Positions 6,325 through 14,297 of a DNA stretch of 38,970 nt are shown piece after piece. This DNA comes from a virus: IMG/VR virus record IMGVR_UViG_3300045988_077187, positions 1 through 38,970 of that record; one strand, given 5' to 3'. Position numbers and translations under genes: made by a program. Below the pieces are notes generated by a model. It saw nothing but the letters and a program-made list of their open reading frames with translations. It did no database searches and was not told where the DNA came from. Every line of letters begins with the position of its first letter. The stretch's first letter is position 1.

Positions 6325-6360
6325 ATCTGTAATCAGCAACGAAACGAGAAAGGAGGTTGG

Positions 6361-6609
6361 GTGACAAGCGAAACGGAACTCATGAGAGCCAATATCCGAG
6401 GGGAGATGGCTCGAAGGGGCATGACGCAAGAAGACATAGCCAAAGCGATTGGATGCGAAAGGCCGCTGGCGAACAAGAAACTCACCGGCAAGAAAGACTT
6501 CACCGTAAGTGATCTGGAAAAAATCGCCGACATGTTTGGAATGACCCTCTTCCAATTCACTGCGGTGCTGCTCCAGCCGATCGACAGCATCAAACAATTC
6601 AAAGCCTGA
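6361..6609 (+). CDS. Cro-like XRE-family HTH regulator
   Basis: GTG start after GAAAGGAGGTTGG. HTH GMTQEDIAKAIGCERPLANKKLTGK. Confidence 0.85.
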   Translation: MTSETELMRANIRGEMARRGMTQEDIAKAIGCERPLANKKLTGKKDFTVSDLEKIADMFGMTLFQFTAVLLQPIDSIKQFKA

Positions 6610-6633
6610 AATCCACAACCAAAGGAGCGTCCG

Positions 6634-6858
6634 ATGGACAGCAAGAACGACAACAAAGACCTGCGCAAAGCCTGCGTGAAAGCCGTCTTCGACGAATTCG
6701 CCGAGCATGGCGACATGATCCGCCCGCAATACGCGGGACAGTGGAATGAAATCGACGCTAGCCGATTCCTGGGCCACATCACCGGACCGATGGACATCGA
6801 CGTGACCGACCTCGTGGACGTCATCATCGACACGATCGTCAAGGAAGCACAGAAATGA
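6634..6858 (+). CDS. Hypothetical early protein, paralog of 8956-9156
   Basis: RKACVKAVFDEFAEHGDMI...DIDVTDLVDVIIDTIVKE aligns with RKACVRAVFDEFDDHGDAI...DLDVTGIVDLIIDTINKE. Confidence 0.75.
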   Translation: MDSKNDNKDLRKACVKAVFDEFAEHGDMIRPQYAGQWNEIDASRFLGHITGPMDIDVTDLVDVIIDTIVKEAQK

Positions 6859-7085
6859 GCGGACAACTGCTTACCCCGCCAGCGCCGCCCGAACAGCGGA
6901 AGACGGTCTTCGACCCGCGGACGATCATGCTCGGCCTGACCGGCTACGCCATCCAAGTCGGCGAACACGACGCCAGACTCGTCAGACTCCACGAGGACGG
7001 GAAGACCATCCTCACGGAAGTGGACGCCAAAACCACAGAAACATTCGCCTACCACCTTTATGACGCGATAGGAGGAACACGATGA
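6855..7085 (+). CDS. Hypothetical early protein
   Basis: ATGA overlaps with both neighbours. 76 aa. Confidence 0.65.
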   Translation: MSGQLLTPPAPPEQRKTVFDPRTIMLGLTGYAIQVGEHDARLVRLHEDGKTILTEVDAKTTETFAYHLYDAIGGTR

Positions 7086-7288
7086 GCCTCACCACGGATG
7101 GAAGCCTCTACTTCGAAATCCTCGATGACGGCACCACTCGCAGCGACCATTCAGCCGTCATCCAGCTCGCCATCGACACGTGCGACAGCCACGCGCGATA
7201 CCTGCTCACGCAGACAGACCTGGCGAACATCCGCCGCGACTGCAACCGCATCTTGAAGGAACTATCCGAAAGGAGGATGGCGAAATGA
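7082..7288 (+). CDS. Hypothetical early protein
   Basis: ATGA overlaps. 68 aa. Confidence 0.65.
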   Translation: MSLTTDGSLYFEILDDGTTRSDHSAVIQLAIDTCDSHARYLLTQTDLANIRRDCNRILKELSERRMAK

Positions 7289-7509
7289 CCGACCACAACT
7301 ACTGGCTCGAAGACCAGCGGGAGAAGACGCGGAAGCCGAACTACACGCGCCGCCGCATCCTCTTCGCCATCGTCAGCATCGGCCTCATCTCCAGCCTGAC
7401 CATCATGCTCACATGGCATGGCGGCAGCACCACCGCCGCGCTCATGGTGGAAGGCGTGTACATCGCCACCGCATTGTGGCTGATCGTCAGATTCGCGCCA
7501 CGCGACTAA
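7285..7509 (+). CDS. Small membrane protein
   Basis: The ATG at 7285 overlaps the upstream stop. RBS GAAAGGAGGATGG. Two hydrophobic segments (ILFAIVSIGLISSLTIML; VYIATALWLIV). Confidence 0.65.
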   Translation: MTDHNYWLEDQREKTRKPNYTRRRILFAIVSIGLISSLTIMLTWHGGSTTAALMVEGVYIATALWLIVRFAPRD

Positions 7510-7949
7510 AAGACTTCCCACCAGCCGACAGTCCAAACAAAACAAACCAAATTAGGGATGTTTTCGCGGACATCCACGTTCACCATTGTCGGCTGGCGGG
7601 AACCATAACTGAATATCGACAAACAACAAATCCGCCACGGCGTTTACATACACCATTCTGTCGTGGCTTCGGCTGGGCGACGGTTCACCCGTCCACGGAT
7701 TCCAATCTCTTCTCTCTCTCTATCAAAAACGCAGGCACTCCGGTGCTTGCAAACCCTTTCAAGTCCGCCTGACGGCTTCCATCGCCGTCGGCCACGCCAC
7801 CGGCCGTGAACACGTTCAGGTTGTGTTCCAACAGTCAAAGGGGCGTTCGGAATCCAAGGACGGCATCGGTTCGACTCCAATGCCAGTCACTCAGCCCCAT
7901 CCACTCGTCATGGTGGGGCACACAACGTCAACAAGCAAAGGAAAAGCCT
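7510..7949 (+). promoter_or_regulatory. 440-nt noncoding, hairpin-dense leader / candidate ncRNA upstream of the antirepressor
   Basis: No credible ORF or RBS. At least 7 stem-loops (listed in the finding). A CT tract lies at 7706-7722. A T-arm-like ATCGG-TTCGACT-CCAAT lies at 7865-7881. Confidence 0.55.
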
Positions 7950-8738
7950 ATGAGCAATGAAATCCAGCGATTCGAGTTCAAGGACGCATCATTACGCGCC
8001 CTGACCGACGAGGCGGGGGAGCCTTGGTTCGTCGCCAAGGACGCGTGTGACATCCTCGGCATTGACACAAATCATCTCCGTGAAGCTCTTGATGATGACG
8101 AAATCACAAACCTCCGCAATTCGGAGGTTTGGAATCAGCCAGGTCGTGCGCCTCTCATCATCTCTGAGCCAGGCCTGTACAAGCTCATCATGCGCTCGCG
8201 GAAGCCGGAAGCTCACGAGTTCCAGCGTTGGATGACGCATGAGGTGCTTCCCCAGATCCGCAAAACCGGCGGCTACATTCCGACGTCCGAGTCGGATTCG
8301 GATGAGGACATCATGGCCAGGGCCGTGCTCGTCGCGCAGAAGACCATCAAACAAAAGAACCAGCAGATCGCCGAACAGCAGAAGCGCATCGTGGAACTGG
8401 AGCCGAAGGCCCGGTTCGCTGACGCCGTTGCCGCATCCGACGGCACCTGCCTGATCGGCGAGCTCGCGAAGATGCTCCGGCAGAACGGTCTCAAGGTCGG
8501 TCAGAACCGGTTGTTCCGGATCCTGCGCGACGACGGGTATCTCGGCAAGTCCGCCTCGAACCGGAACGTGCCGACGCAGCGCGCGATGGAACTCGGCCTG
8601 TTCCGCATCAAGGAGACCACCGTCACCCACTCGGACGGGCATACGACCGTCAGCCGCACGCCGAAGGTCACAGGCAGGGGACAGGCGTACTTCATCCGCC
8701 GGTACTGCCTCCAGCCGTCGTTGGAAGCGGGTGCGTGA
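7950..8738 (+). CDS. ant: Antirepressor, Bro-N plus KilAC domains
   Basis: The N-terminal IQRFEFKDASLRALTDEAGEPWFVAKDACDILGI is Bro-N-like. The C-terminal LIGELAKMLRQNGLKVGQNRLFRILRDDGYL is KilAC-like. Start chosen after AAAGGAAAAGCCT. Confidence 0.85.
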   Translation: MSNEIQRFEFKDASLRALTDEAGEPWFVAKDACDILGIDTNHLREALDDDEITNLRNSEVWNQPGRAPLIISEPGLYKLIMRSRKPEAHEFQRWMTHEVLPQIRKTGGYIPTSESDSDEDIMARAVLVAQKTIKQKNQQIAEQQKRIVELEPKARFADAVAASDGTCLIGELAKMLRQNGLKVGQNRLFRILRDDGYLGKSASNRNVPTQRAMELGLFRIKETTVTHSDGHTTVSRTPKVTGRGQAYFIRRYCLQPSLEAGA

Positions 8739-8959
8739 TGGTCTTGCAGCAGATGATGACCACCACGCAGGTGGCGAGGCTTTTCGGGGCCGAGACGCCG
8801 GAGGAGATTCGGACGCGGCAGGGGTATCTGGCCCAGTTGCGTTTCCGTGGACAGGGTCCTCGGTTCGTGAAGCACGGGCGGATGATCCTTTATCCGGAAA
8901 CGGCCGTGGCCGAATGGCTTGAGGAGGGCGAGACGAATTGCACAAGGAGCATTGCATGA
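8738..8959 (+). CDS. Excisionase-family HTH protein (second copy)
   Basis: TTTQVARLFG...GQGPRFVKHGRMILYPETAVAEWL. Start overlaps the ant stop. Confidence 0.7.
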   Translation: MVLQQMMTTTQVARLFGAETPEEIRTRQGYLAQLRFRGQGPRFVKHGRMILYPETAVAEWLEEGETNCTRSIA

Positions 8960-9156
8960 ACGACATTCGCAAGGCGTGCGTGAGGGCCGTGTTCGACGAA
9001 TTCGACGACCATGGCGACGCCATCATGCCGGCCTGTGGCTACGTATGGGACGAAATCGAAGCAAGGCGTCCGCTCGGTCACATCGTCGGATACGTCGACC
9101 TCGACGTCACCGGAATCGTGGACCTCATCATCGACACGATCAACAAGGAGCTGTGA
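8956..9156 (+). CDS. Hypothetical protein, paralog of 6634-6858
   Basis: Start at MNDIRKACV after AAGGAG. ATGA overlap with the upstream gene. Confidence 0.7.
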   Translation: MNDIRKACVRAVFDEFDDHGDAIMPACGYVWDEIEARRPLGHIVGYVDLDVTGIVDLIIDTINKEL

Positions 9157-9407
9157 TGTCACTCAGGAGAATCGACGTGGAAACGCTGCTGACGCCACCC
9201 GAACCGCCGAAGGCGAGCATCGTCATGCTCGGCATGAGCGTGCGCACCCTCGCCAACTGGCGGAGCACCGGCAAAGGCCCGCCGTACTTGAAAATCGGCG
9301 TGGAACCGCCCGAAGGCCATCAGGACAGGCGCAAAGTCCGCTACCAGCGTCAAATCGCAGAAAAGTGGGCTTTAGCGCACAAGTACCAGAGGACGGTGGC
9401 GAGATGA
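9156..9407 (+). CDS. Excisionase-family HTH protein (third copy)
   Basis: MLGMSVRTLANWRSTGKGPPYLKIG...VRYQRQIAEKWAL. Confidence 0.7.
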   Translation: MSLRRIDVETLLTPPEPPKASIVMLGMSVRTLANWRSTGKGPPYLKIGVEPPEGHQDRRKVRYQRQIAEKWALAHKYQRTVAR

Positions 9408-10210
9408 GAAACGGAATGTTCGTTCCGGTGACACGGGTCCAAAGCAGTCCAGACGTCAAAAGCGATGGGAAGGCACGCGTCGACACCGGCAAGCCGACCC
9501 TCACGCAGCAGGGAATCGACGTGGACGAGTTCATCCGCAAAAAACCACGCGCTCATCGAAAGACTCAGGAAAGGAACACGTTGAAACACGAATACACAGC
9601 CGACGAGCTCGCCGAGCTGAAAAGCATCTACGACGAGTCAGGCGAAGCCGGACTCCAGATCGGCGAAATGCGTGCGTTACGCAAGGCCGGACTCCTCACG
9701 CAGGGCCTACCGGCGAAACCGGCGGAACCGTCGAAACGCGATCTCATCCTCGCGCACTGCAAAAACCGCATCAGCCAAGGCCAGCCGTTCGACGGCAAGG
9801 AAACAGCCGAAGCGCTAGGCATGAGCCAGAAAACAGTCGGCAACATTCTCAGCCAACTCCGCAAGGAAGGACTATTGCCGGCCTTCGACAAGCACTCGCC
9901 ACGCAAAACCACCACAAGCGGAAAGAAGAAGGAGACCATCATGACCGTCGCATCGAAACCAGTCGCCAACAAGGAGGAACCAATGAGCCAGGAACTCACC
10001 GCCAACAAGGAGACAGCACCGGGGAAACAGTGCGAGAACCCACGCGCCATCATCTCCAACGCATTGACCGGCATTTTCGACGCCATCAGCGCTCTGCAGA
10101 AAACCGCGTTCCAAGCCAACGACAAAGTCGTCTACGGCTTCGCCACCAAGCTGCTGAACGGCGAATTGATGGACTTGAAAGCCAACTACTCGAAGGACGT
10201 GGTGAAGTGA
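9404..10210 (+). CDS. Hypothetical protein with internal HTH-like segment
   Basis: The ATG at 9404 overlaps the upstream stop. Contains ETAEALGMSQKTVGNILSQLRKEGLL. Confidence 0.6.
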   Translation: MRNGMFVPVTRVQSSPDVKSDGKARVDTGKPTLTQQGIDVDEFIRKKPRAHRKTQERNTLKHEYTADELAELKSIYDESGEAGLQIGEMRALRKAGLLTQGLPAKPAEPSKRDLILAHCKNRISQGQPFDGKETAEALGMSQKTVGNILSQLRKEGLLPAFDKHSPRKTTTSGKKKETIMTVASKPVANKEEPMSQELTANKETAPGKQCENPRAIISNALTGIFDAISALQKTAFQANDKVVYGFATKLLNGELMDLKANYSKDVVK

Positions 10211-10383
10211 GACTCAAGTTCAATAGCGAGAGTGGCGTTTTCACCATTGAGCCAGAGTCCAGGGCGGAAACCATCAAGCTCAGAACGTCCGCGTTGGACA
10301 TCGCCAATCTGCTGGTCAATTATTTCGACGCCGACATCATCAAAGCAGACATAAACAAGCCAAGCAATCAGCAGGGAGCCTGA
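10207..10383 (+). CDS. Hypothetical 58-aa protein
   Basis: GTGA overlap with the upstream stop. It fills the gap before the exonuclease gene. Confidence 0.45.
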   Translation: MRLKFNSESGVFTIEPESRAETIKLRTSALDIANLLVNYFDADIIKADINKPSNQQGA

Positions 10384-10385
10384 AA

Positions 10386-11351
10386 ATGAAGCGTATCCCA
10401 CTCAAGGACACGGAACGCTATCAGATCGAGCGTTTCAAGCAGGGCAAGCAGGCCGAGCGGCATCTTGCCTGGCTGAAAAGCAGGAAGGCCGGTGTGGGCG
10501 GGTCTGACATGAGCACGATTCTCGGCCTGAATTCCTTCAAGACGCCTTACGATCTGTGGCTTGAGAAGACCGGCCGCGTGGAGCCGGAGGACATTTCGGA
10601 CAAGTGGGCGGTGGTCAAGGGCAACGCCCTGGAAAACGAATTAAGGAAGCGATTCCGCGCGCAGCATCCTGAAATGCTCGTCACGGACGGTACGGACAAG
10701 CAGTTCATCAGCCGAGGGAAGCCGTATCTTCGCGCTTCGCTTGACGGCATCCTGCAAGGGGAGGACGGGAGCTTTGGAATCCTCGAAATCAAGACGGCGA
10801 GCAGCCGTCGAGCGGGGGACTGGCATGACGAGGACGGCAACCTCCGAATTCCGCCATACTACTTGGCTCAAGTCGAGTTCTACGCGCTCGTCACTGGATG
10901 GACGTGGGGCTACGTCTACGCGGCCATCGGAGACGACGAGCCGGCGGAGATACCGTTCAAGGCCGACGTGGAGGATATGGCCGCGATCGACAAGGCCGCA
11001 GCCGACTTCTGGCAATTCGTCACCACCGGCACTCCACCGCAGCTCACCACAGGCGGGGACGTGCAGAAGGCGTTCCCCGAGCCGACGCCGGACATCGTGG
11101 ACGAAAGCGCCGACGATGACCTCTACGCCCTGCTCGCAAGATACGAGAGCGCCATCAGAATGCTGCATGACCTGAAGGCCACTCAGAAGGAATTGCAGGA
11201 GCAGATCATCCTGCGCATCGGCTCGCATACGGGCGTGCGCTGCGGCAACCTCCAAGCCACCTACAAGCCGACGACTCGCAAGGAATACGTCGTCAAGGCC
11301 ACCACATACCGCAAATTCGCATTCAAATCCATCGAGGAAAAGGAGCAATGA
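10386..11351 (+). CDS. YqaJ-like recombination exonuclease (PD-(D/E)XK)
   Basis: GVGGSDMSTILGLNSFKTPYDLWLEKTG, SLDGIL, GILEIKTAS. Directly upstream of RecT. Confidence 0.85.
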   Translation: MKRIPLKDTERYQIERFKQGKQAERHLAWLKSRKAGVGGSDMSTILGLNSFKTPYDLWLEKTGRVEPEDISDKWAVVKGNALENELRKRFRAQHPEMLVTDGTDKQFISRGKPYLRASLDGILQGEDGSFGILEIKTASSRRAGDWHDEDGNLRIPPYYLAQVEFYALVTGWTWGYVYAAIGDDEPAEIPFKADVEDMAAIDKAAADFWQFVTTGTPPQLTTGGDVQKAFPEPTPDIVDESADDDLYALLARYESAIRMLHDLKATQKELQEQIILRIGSHTGVRCGNLQATYKPTTRKEYVVKATTYRKFAFKSIEEKEQ

Positions 11352-12220
11352 CAATGGGACAGATCGCACAGCAGGCACAGGGACAGCAGTTGCAGCCGCT
11401 CAACCCGAGGGGCAAGCTCAAGCAGCTTGTGGAACATTCATGGCCGCAGATCGCACGTGTCATCGGCGGCAACCTCGACAGCGAGGCATTGCTGCAGATG
11501 TGCATCAGCAGCATCAACCGCACGCCGGCCCTGGCGGAATGCACGCCGGTCAGCGTCCTTTCCTGCTTCATGCAGTGCGCCGCCCTGGGCTTGCGCCCGT
11601 CCGACGTTGACGGCTTGGGACAGGCATACATCCTGCCCTACGGCAACAAGAACTATGCGAACGGGGAGAAGCAGGCCACGTTCGTCATCGGCTACAAGGG
11701 CATGCTGAAGCTGCTGGAGAACAGTGGAATCTACGCGCAGCCGAGAGCCGTCTACGAGGACGACAACATCAAACTGAAGCTTGACGAGAACGGCGTACCG
11801 ACCATCGAATGCCCCGACGAGGTGAACGTGGACGCCGACCATAGCGAGGACAAGCTGAAATTCGTGTATCTCAGCGTCCAACTGCCGAACGGCGGACGCT
11901 ACGCCGACTACATGTCGAAACGCGATCTGCTCGAATACCGCGAGAAGTACGCGCCACGCAACCGCAGCCGACAGATCACCGGACCGTGGGTGAAGAACTT
12001 CGTGGAGATGGCGAAGAAGACCATCATCCGCTGCAGTTTCAAGTACCTGCCGGTCAGCATCGAAGCGAAGAAGGCCGCGAGCGTTGACGAAACCACGCCG
12101 GACTACAGCGACGTGTTCCAACCGGTAATCACCTCCGATGCGACTGATGACGTGACCGCCGAGGTCATGGAAGCGGATACGCCGGAGGATACCGAAGCCG
12201 ACGTGAAGGAGGCCGAGTGA
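11348..12220 (+). CDS. recT: RecT-family single-strand annealing protein
   Basis: [12 protein letters not shown]...AYILPYGN...[13 protein letters not shown]. Position between the exonuclease and SSB. Confidence 0.85.
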   Translation: MTMGQIAQQAQGQQLQPLNPRGKLKQLVEHSWPQIARVIGGNLDSEALLQMCISSINRTPALAECTPVSVLSCFMQCAALGLRPSDVDGLGQAYILPYGNKNYANGEKQATFVIGYKGMLKLLENSGIYAQPRAVYEDDNIKLKLDENGVPTIECPDEVNVDADHSEDKLKFVYLSVQLPNGGRYADYMSKRDLLEYREKYAPRNRSRQITGPWVKNFVEMAKKTIIRCSFKYLPVSIEAKKAASVDETTPDYSDVFQPVITSDATDDVTAEVMEADTPEDTEADVKEAE

Positions 12221-12693
12221 TGGCAGGCGAAACCATTATCACGATCGTCGGCAACCTGACCGCAGATCCGGAATTGCGCACGACGTCCGCGGGCGCGCAG
12301 GTAGCGTCGTTCACGATCGCCAGCACTCCGCGCTCCTGGAACCGCAGCACGAACCAGTTCAAAGACGGTCAGGCTTTGTTCATGCGCTGCAGCGCGTGGC
12401 GCGACCTCGCCACTCATTGCGCGCAGAGCCTCGCGAAGGGCATGCGTGTGATCGCGCAGGGCCGACTGCAGCAGCGTTCCTATCAGGCGCAGGACGGTTC
12501 CAACCGCACGGTCATCGAATTGCAGGTGGATGAAATCGGCCCGTCCCTGCGTTATGCGACGGCTCAGGTGCAGAAGATGCAGTCAGGCGGATACCAGGGC
12601 GGCAACGGTGGCGGCTATCAGCAGCCGCAGCAGGCGCAACAGCAGTCGCAGGGAGCCGACCCGTGGGCTGCGCCAGTAGAGCCTGAATTCTGA
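12220..12693 (+). CDS. ssb: Single-stranded DNA-binding protein
   Basis: [31 protein letters not shown]... OB fold, Gly/Gln-rich tail, acidic C-terminus [10 protein letters not shown]. Confidence 0.9.
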   Translation: MAGETIITIVGNLTADPELRTTSAGAQVASFTIASTPRSWNRSTNQFKDGQALFMRCSAWRDLATHCAQSLAKGMRVIAQGRLQQRSYQAQDGSNRTVIELQVDEIGPSLRYATAQVQKMQSGGYQGGNGGGYQQPQQAQQQSQGADPWAAPVEPEF

Positions 12694-12836
12694 TGCGCGA
12701 ATGGTTGGAACCGCCGGACGTTGAACCGGTATGTCAGCAGCATTGGTGCGCGCTGTATCCGGCGCGCCCCATCCCATGCCCCGAATGCGAAATCGAAGCC
12801 GAAGAACAGGAGGCCGACCACTATGAGCGAGATTGA
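12693..12836 (+). CDS. 47-aa Cys-rich (zinc-ribbon-like) ORF below the track cutoff
   Basis: Hand translation: [52 protein letters not shown] overlap with the ssb stop. It overlaps the rusA start. Confidence 0.4.
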   Translation: MREWLEPPDVEPVCQQHWCALYPARPIPCPECEIEAEEQEADHYERD

Positions 12837-13215
12837 AATCGCGATAGGCAGGCAATTGTGGTGGACGCAGAACCGTCGAAGCCGTAGCTGGGCGGTGCCA
12901 TACCGGAGGAAGAAGCAGGTCAAGACGATGAGCCTGCTCACCTTCCGCAATCTCATCAACAGTGGCAAGCTCCAAAAGCCCGAGCATTGGCCGGTGCATG
13001 TGACCGCCATCATCCACCCACTGACCCACGGACGCTTCGACCCGGAAAACGCGGCCCCAATGGTCAAGGCGATACTCGACGGCATCACCCAGTCAGGCTA
13101 CTGGCCCGACGACAACGCCGACTACGTGCTCGGCCCGGACTACCGGCTAGGCGAGCCAAGCACCGAAAAAGGCGTCTACCACATCACCATCCGAATCGAA
13201 GAGGAAGAACACTAA
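12823..13215 (+). CDS. rusA: RusA-like Holliday junction resolvase
   Basis: RFDPENAAPMVKAILDGITQSGYWPDDNADYV (D/DN motif context). Start after GGAGG at MSEIEIA. Confidence 0.75.
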   Translation: MSEIEIAIGRQLWWTQNRRSRSWAVPYRRKKQVKTMSLLTFRNLINSGKLQKPEHWPVHVTAIIHPLTHGRFDPENAAPMVKAILDGITQSGYWPDDNADYVLGPDYRLGEPSTEKGVYHITIRIEEEEH

Positions 13216-13217
13216 CC

Positions 13218-13454
13218 ATGGCTACGAACGTGACCGAGAAAGACAAGACGCTCAACGAGATCATCGACTTGGTGAAAAGTCGCTGTCATGAAGCCGGACT
13301 TTCCAGATTCGATGTCCGCAGAAAGAGCGACCGAGACTTCTATGACGGCCAAGTTAACGCATTCCATGAAATGCTAGAGCTTTGCCGTTCCATGCTCGGC
13401 TATTCCGGCTCCATGCCGTCCGAGGTGCCGAATCAAAGCGAGGATGCGAAATGA
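13218..13454 (+). CDS. Hypothetical protein
   Basis: 78 aa. Its stop overlaps the next start. Confidence 0.55.
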   Translation: MATNVTEKDKTLNEIIDLVKSRCHEAGLSRFDVRRKSDRDFYDGQVNAFHEMLELCRSMLGYSGSMPSEVPNQSEDAK

Positions 13455-13936
13455 GCGCGTACCAACCTGTTCTTGACCCTGCTTGCGGCGGGCGAATGTT
13501 CTGGTTCGACAAATCAGACAGCCGGGTGCTCTTCGGTGACGTGCGCGACGAAAGTTGGGAACTATGTGACGGGCGCAGATTCGAAGTCAAGCCGGACATG
13601 CTGATGGACTACCGCGATCTGCCATTCCCTGACGAGACGTTCCGTATGGTCGTGCTCGACCCACCGCACCTGCGCAATGCGGGAGAGACGAGCTACATGG
13701 CGCAGAAATACGGATGCCTCGACCAAGAGACATGGCAAACAGATATCAAGACCATGTTCAGCGAGTGTTTCCGCGTCCTGAAAGAGCATGGCGTGTTGAT
13801 TTTCAAATGGAATGAGACACAGATACCCGTCTCTCAGATACTCAAGCTCACCGACCATAAGCCACTCTTCGGCAACAAACAGCCGAACCGCACCGGAACA
13901 CATTGGATCGTCTTCATTAAGGAGGACGCGGAATGA
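13451..13936 (+). CDS. Putative DNA methyltransferase (orphan)
   Basis: SAM-binding-like VLDPACGG followed by the catalytic-type motif VVLDPPHL. 161 aa. No restriction partner in the window. Confidence 0.6.
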   Translation: MSAYQPVLDPACGGRMFWFDKSDSRVLFGDVRDESWELCDGRRFEVKPDMLMDYRDLPFPDETFRMVVLDPPHLRNAGETSYMAQKYGCLDQETWQTDIKTMFSECFRVLKEHGVLIFKWNETQIPVSQILKLTDHKPLFGNKQPNRTGTHWIVFIKEDAE

Positions 13937-14103
13937 GCATCAGATATGTCGAATGCGCCCACTGCGGAGAGGTTGTCGGCACCTACTACGTCACCTGCCC
14001 GTACTGCGGATACAAGCTGTCCGTGCGCAACAAGCCGACTGGCATGGATCCGCTGTATGGCATGACCGACAGCGAATTCTACAAGCGATTCGGGAGCATG
14101 TGA
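13933..14103 (+). CDS. 56-aa zinc-ribbon ORF below the track cutoff
   Basis: Hand translation: MSIRYVECAHCGEVVGTYYVTCPYCGYKLSV... (CxxC...CxxC). ATGA and TGATG overlaps with its neighbours. Confidence 0.55.
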   Translation: MSIRYVECAHCGEVVGTYYVTCPYCGYKLSVRNKPTGMDPLYGMTDSEFYKRFGSM

Positions 14104-14294
14104 TGGAAGATGTCGGGATTCTTCTCACGCCGCCACCGGACTTGGTGGAGATCGCGGAAGCATTGGACATCATGGCCAAGCCGCACGTCGGCAGCGGTTG
14201 GGCGAACCTCAACTTCGACGGCCTTCCATGCACCACGCCACGGCAGGAAGCCATCTGGATGGCATACAACGGAATCACAAGAGGAGAGGAATGA
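14103..14294 (+). CDS. Hypothetical protein
   Basis: 63 aa, translationally coupled. Confidence 0.5.
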   Translation: MEDVGILLTPPPDLVEIAEALDIMAKPHVGSGWANLNFDGLPCTTPRQEAIWMAYNGITRGEE

Positions 14295-14297
14295 GCG

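Noticed and set aside
7865-7889. Calling a genuine tRNA from the GGTTCGACTCC T-arm-like element upstream of ant
   Set aside because: The T stem has a C-A mismatch. There is no D arm, no anticodon arm and no CCA. The only candidate 5' acceptor partner (GGCTGGC, 7591-7597) is about 285 nt away, is already part of another 15-bp stem, and such a match is likely by chance at about a 1-in-6 level by my rough estimate.
7806-7949. ORF-track start (GTG 7806) for the antirepressor, and similar far-upstream starts for 9011-10210, 14677-15615, 31217-34573 and 34159-35136
   Set aside because: The upstream extensions are Arg/Ser/Gln-rich and RBS-less, and they overlap the preceding genes or structured RNA. 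In each case an internal start with a Shine-Dalgarno sequence or a start-stop overlap gives the conserved domain boundaries.
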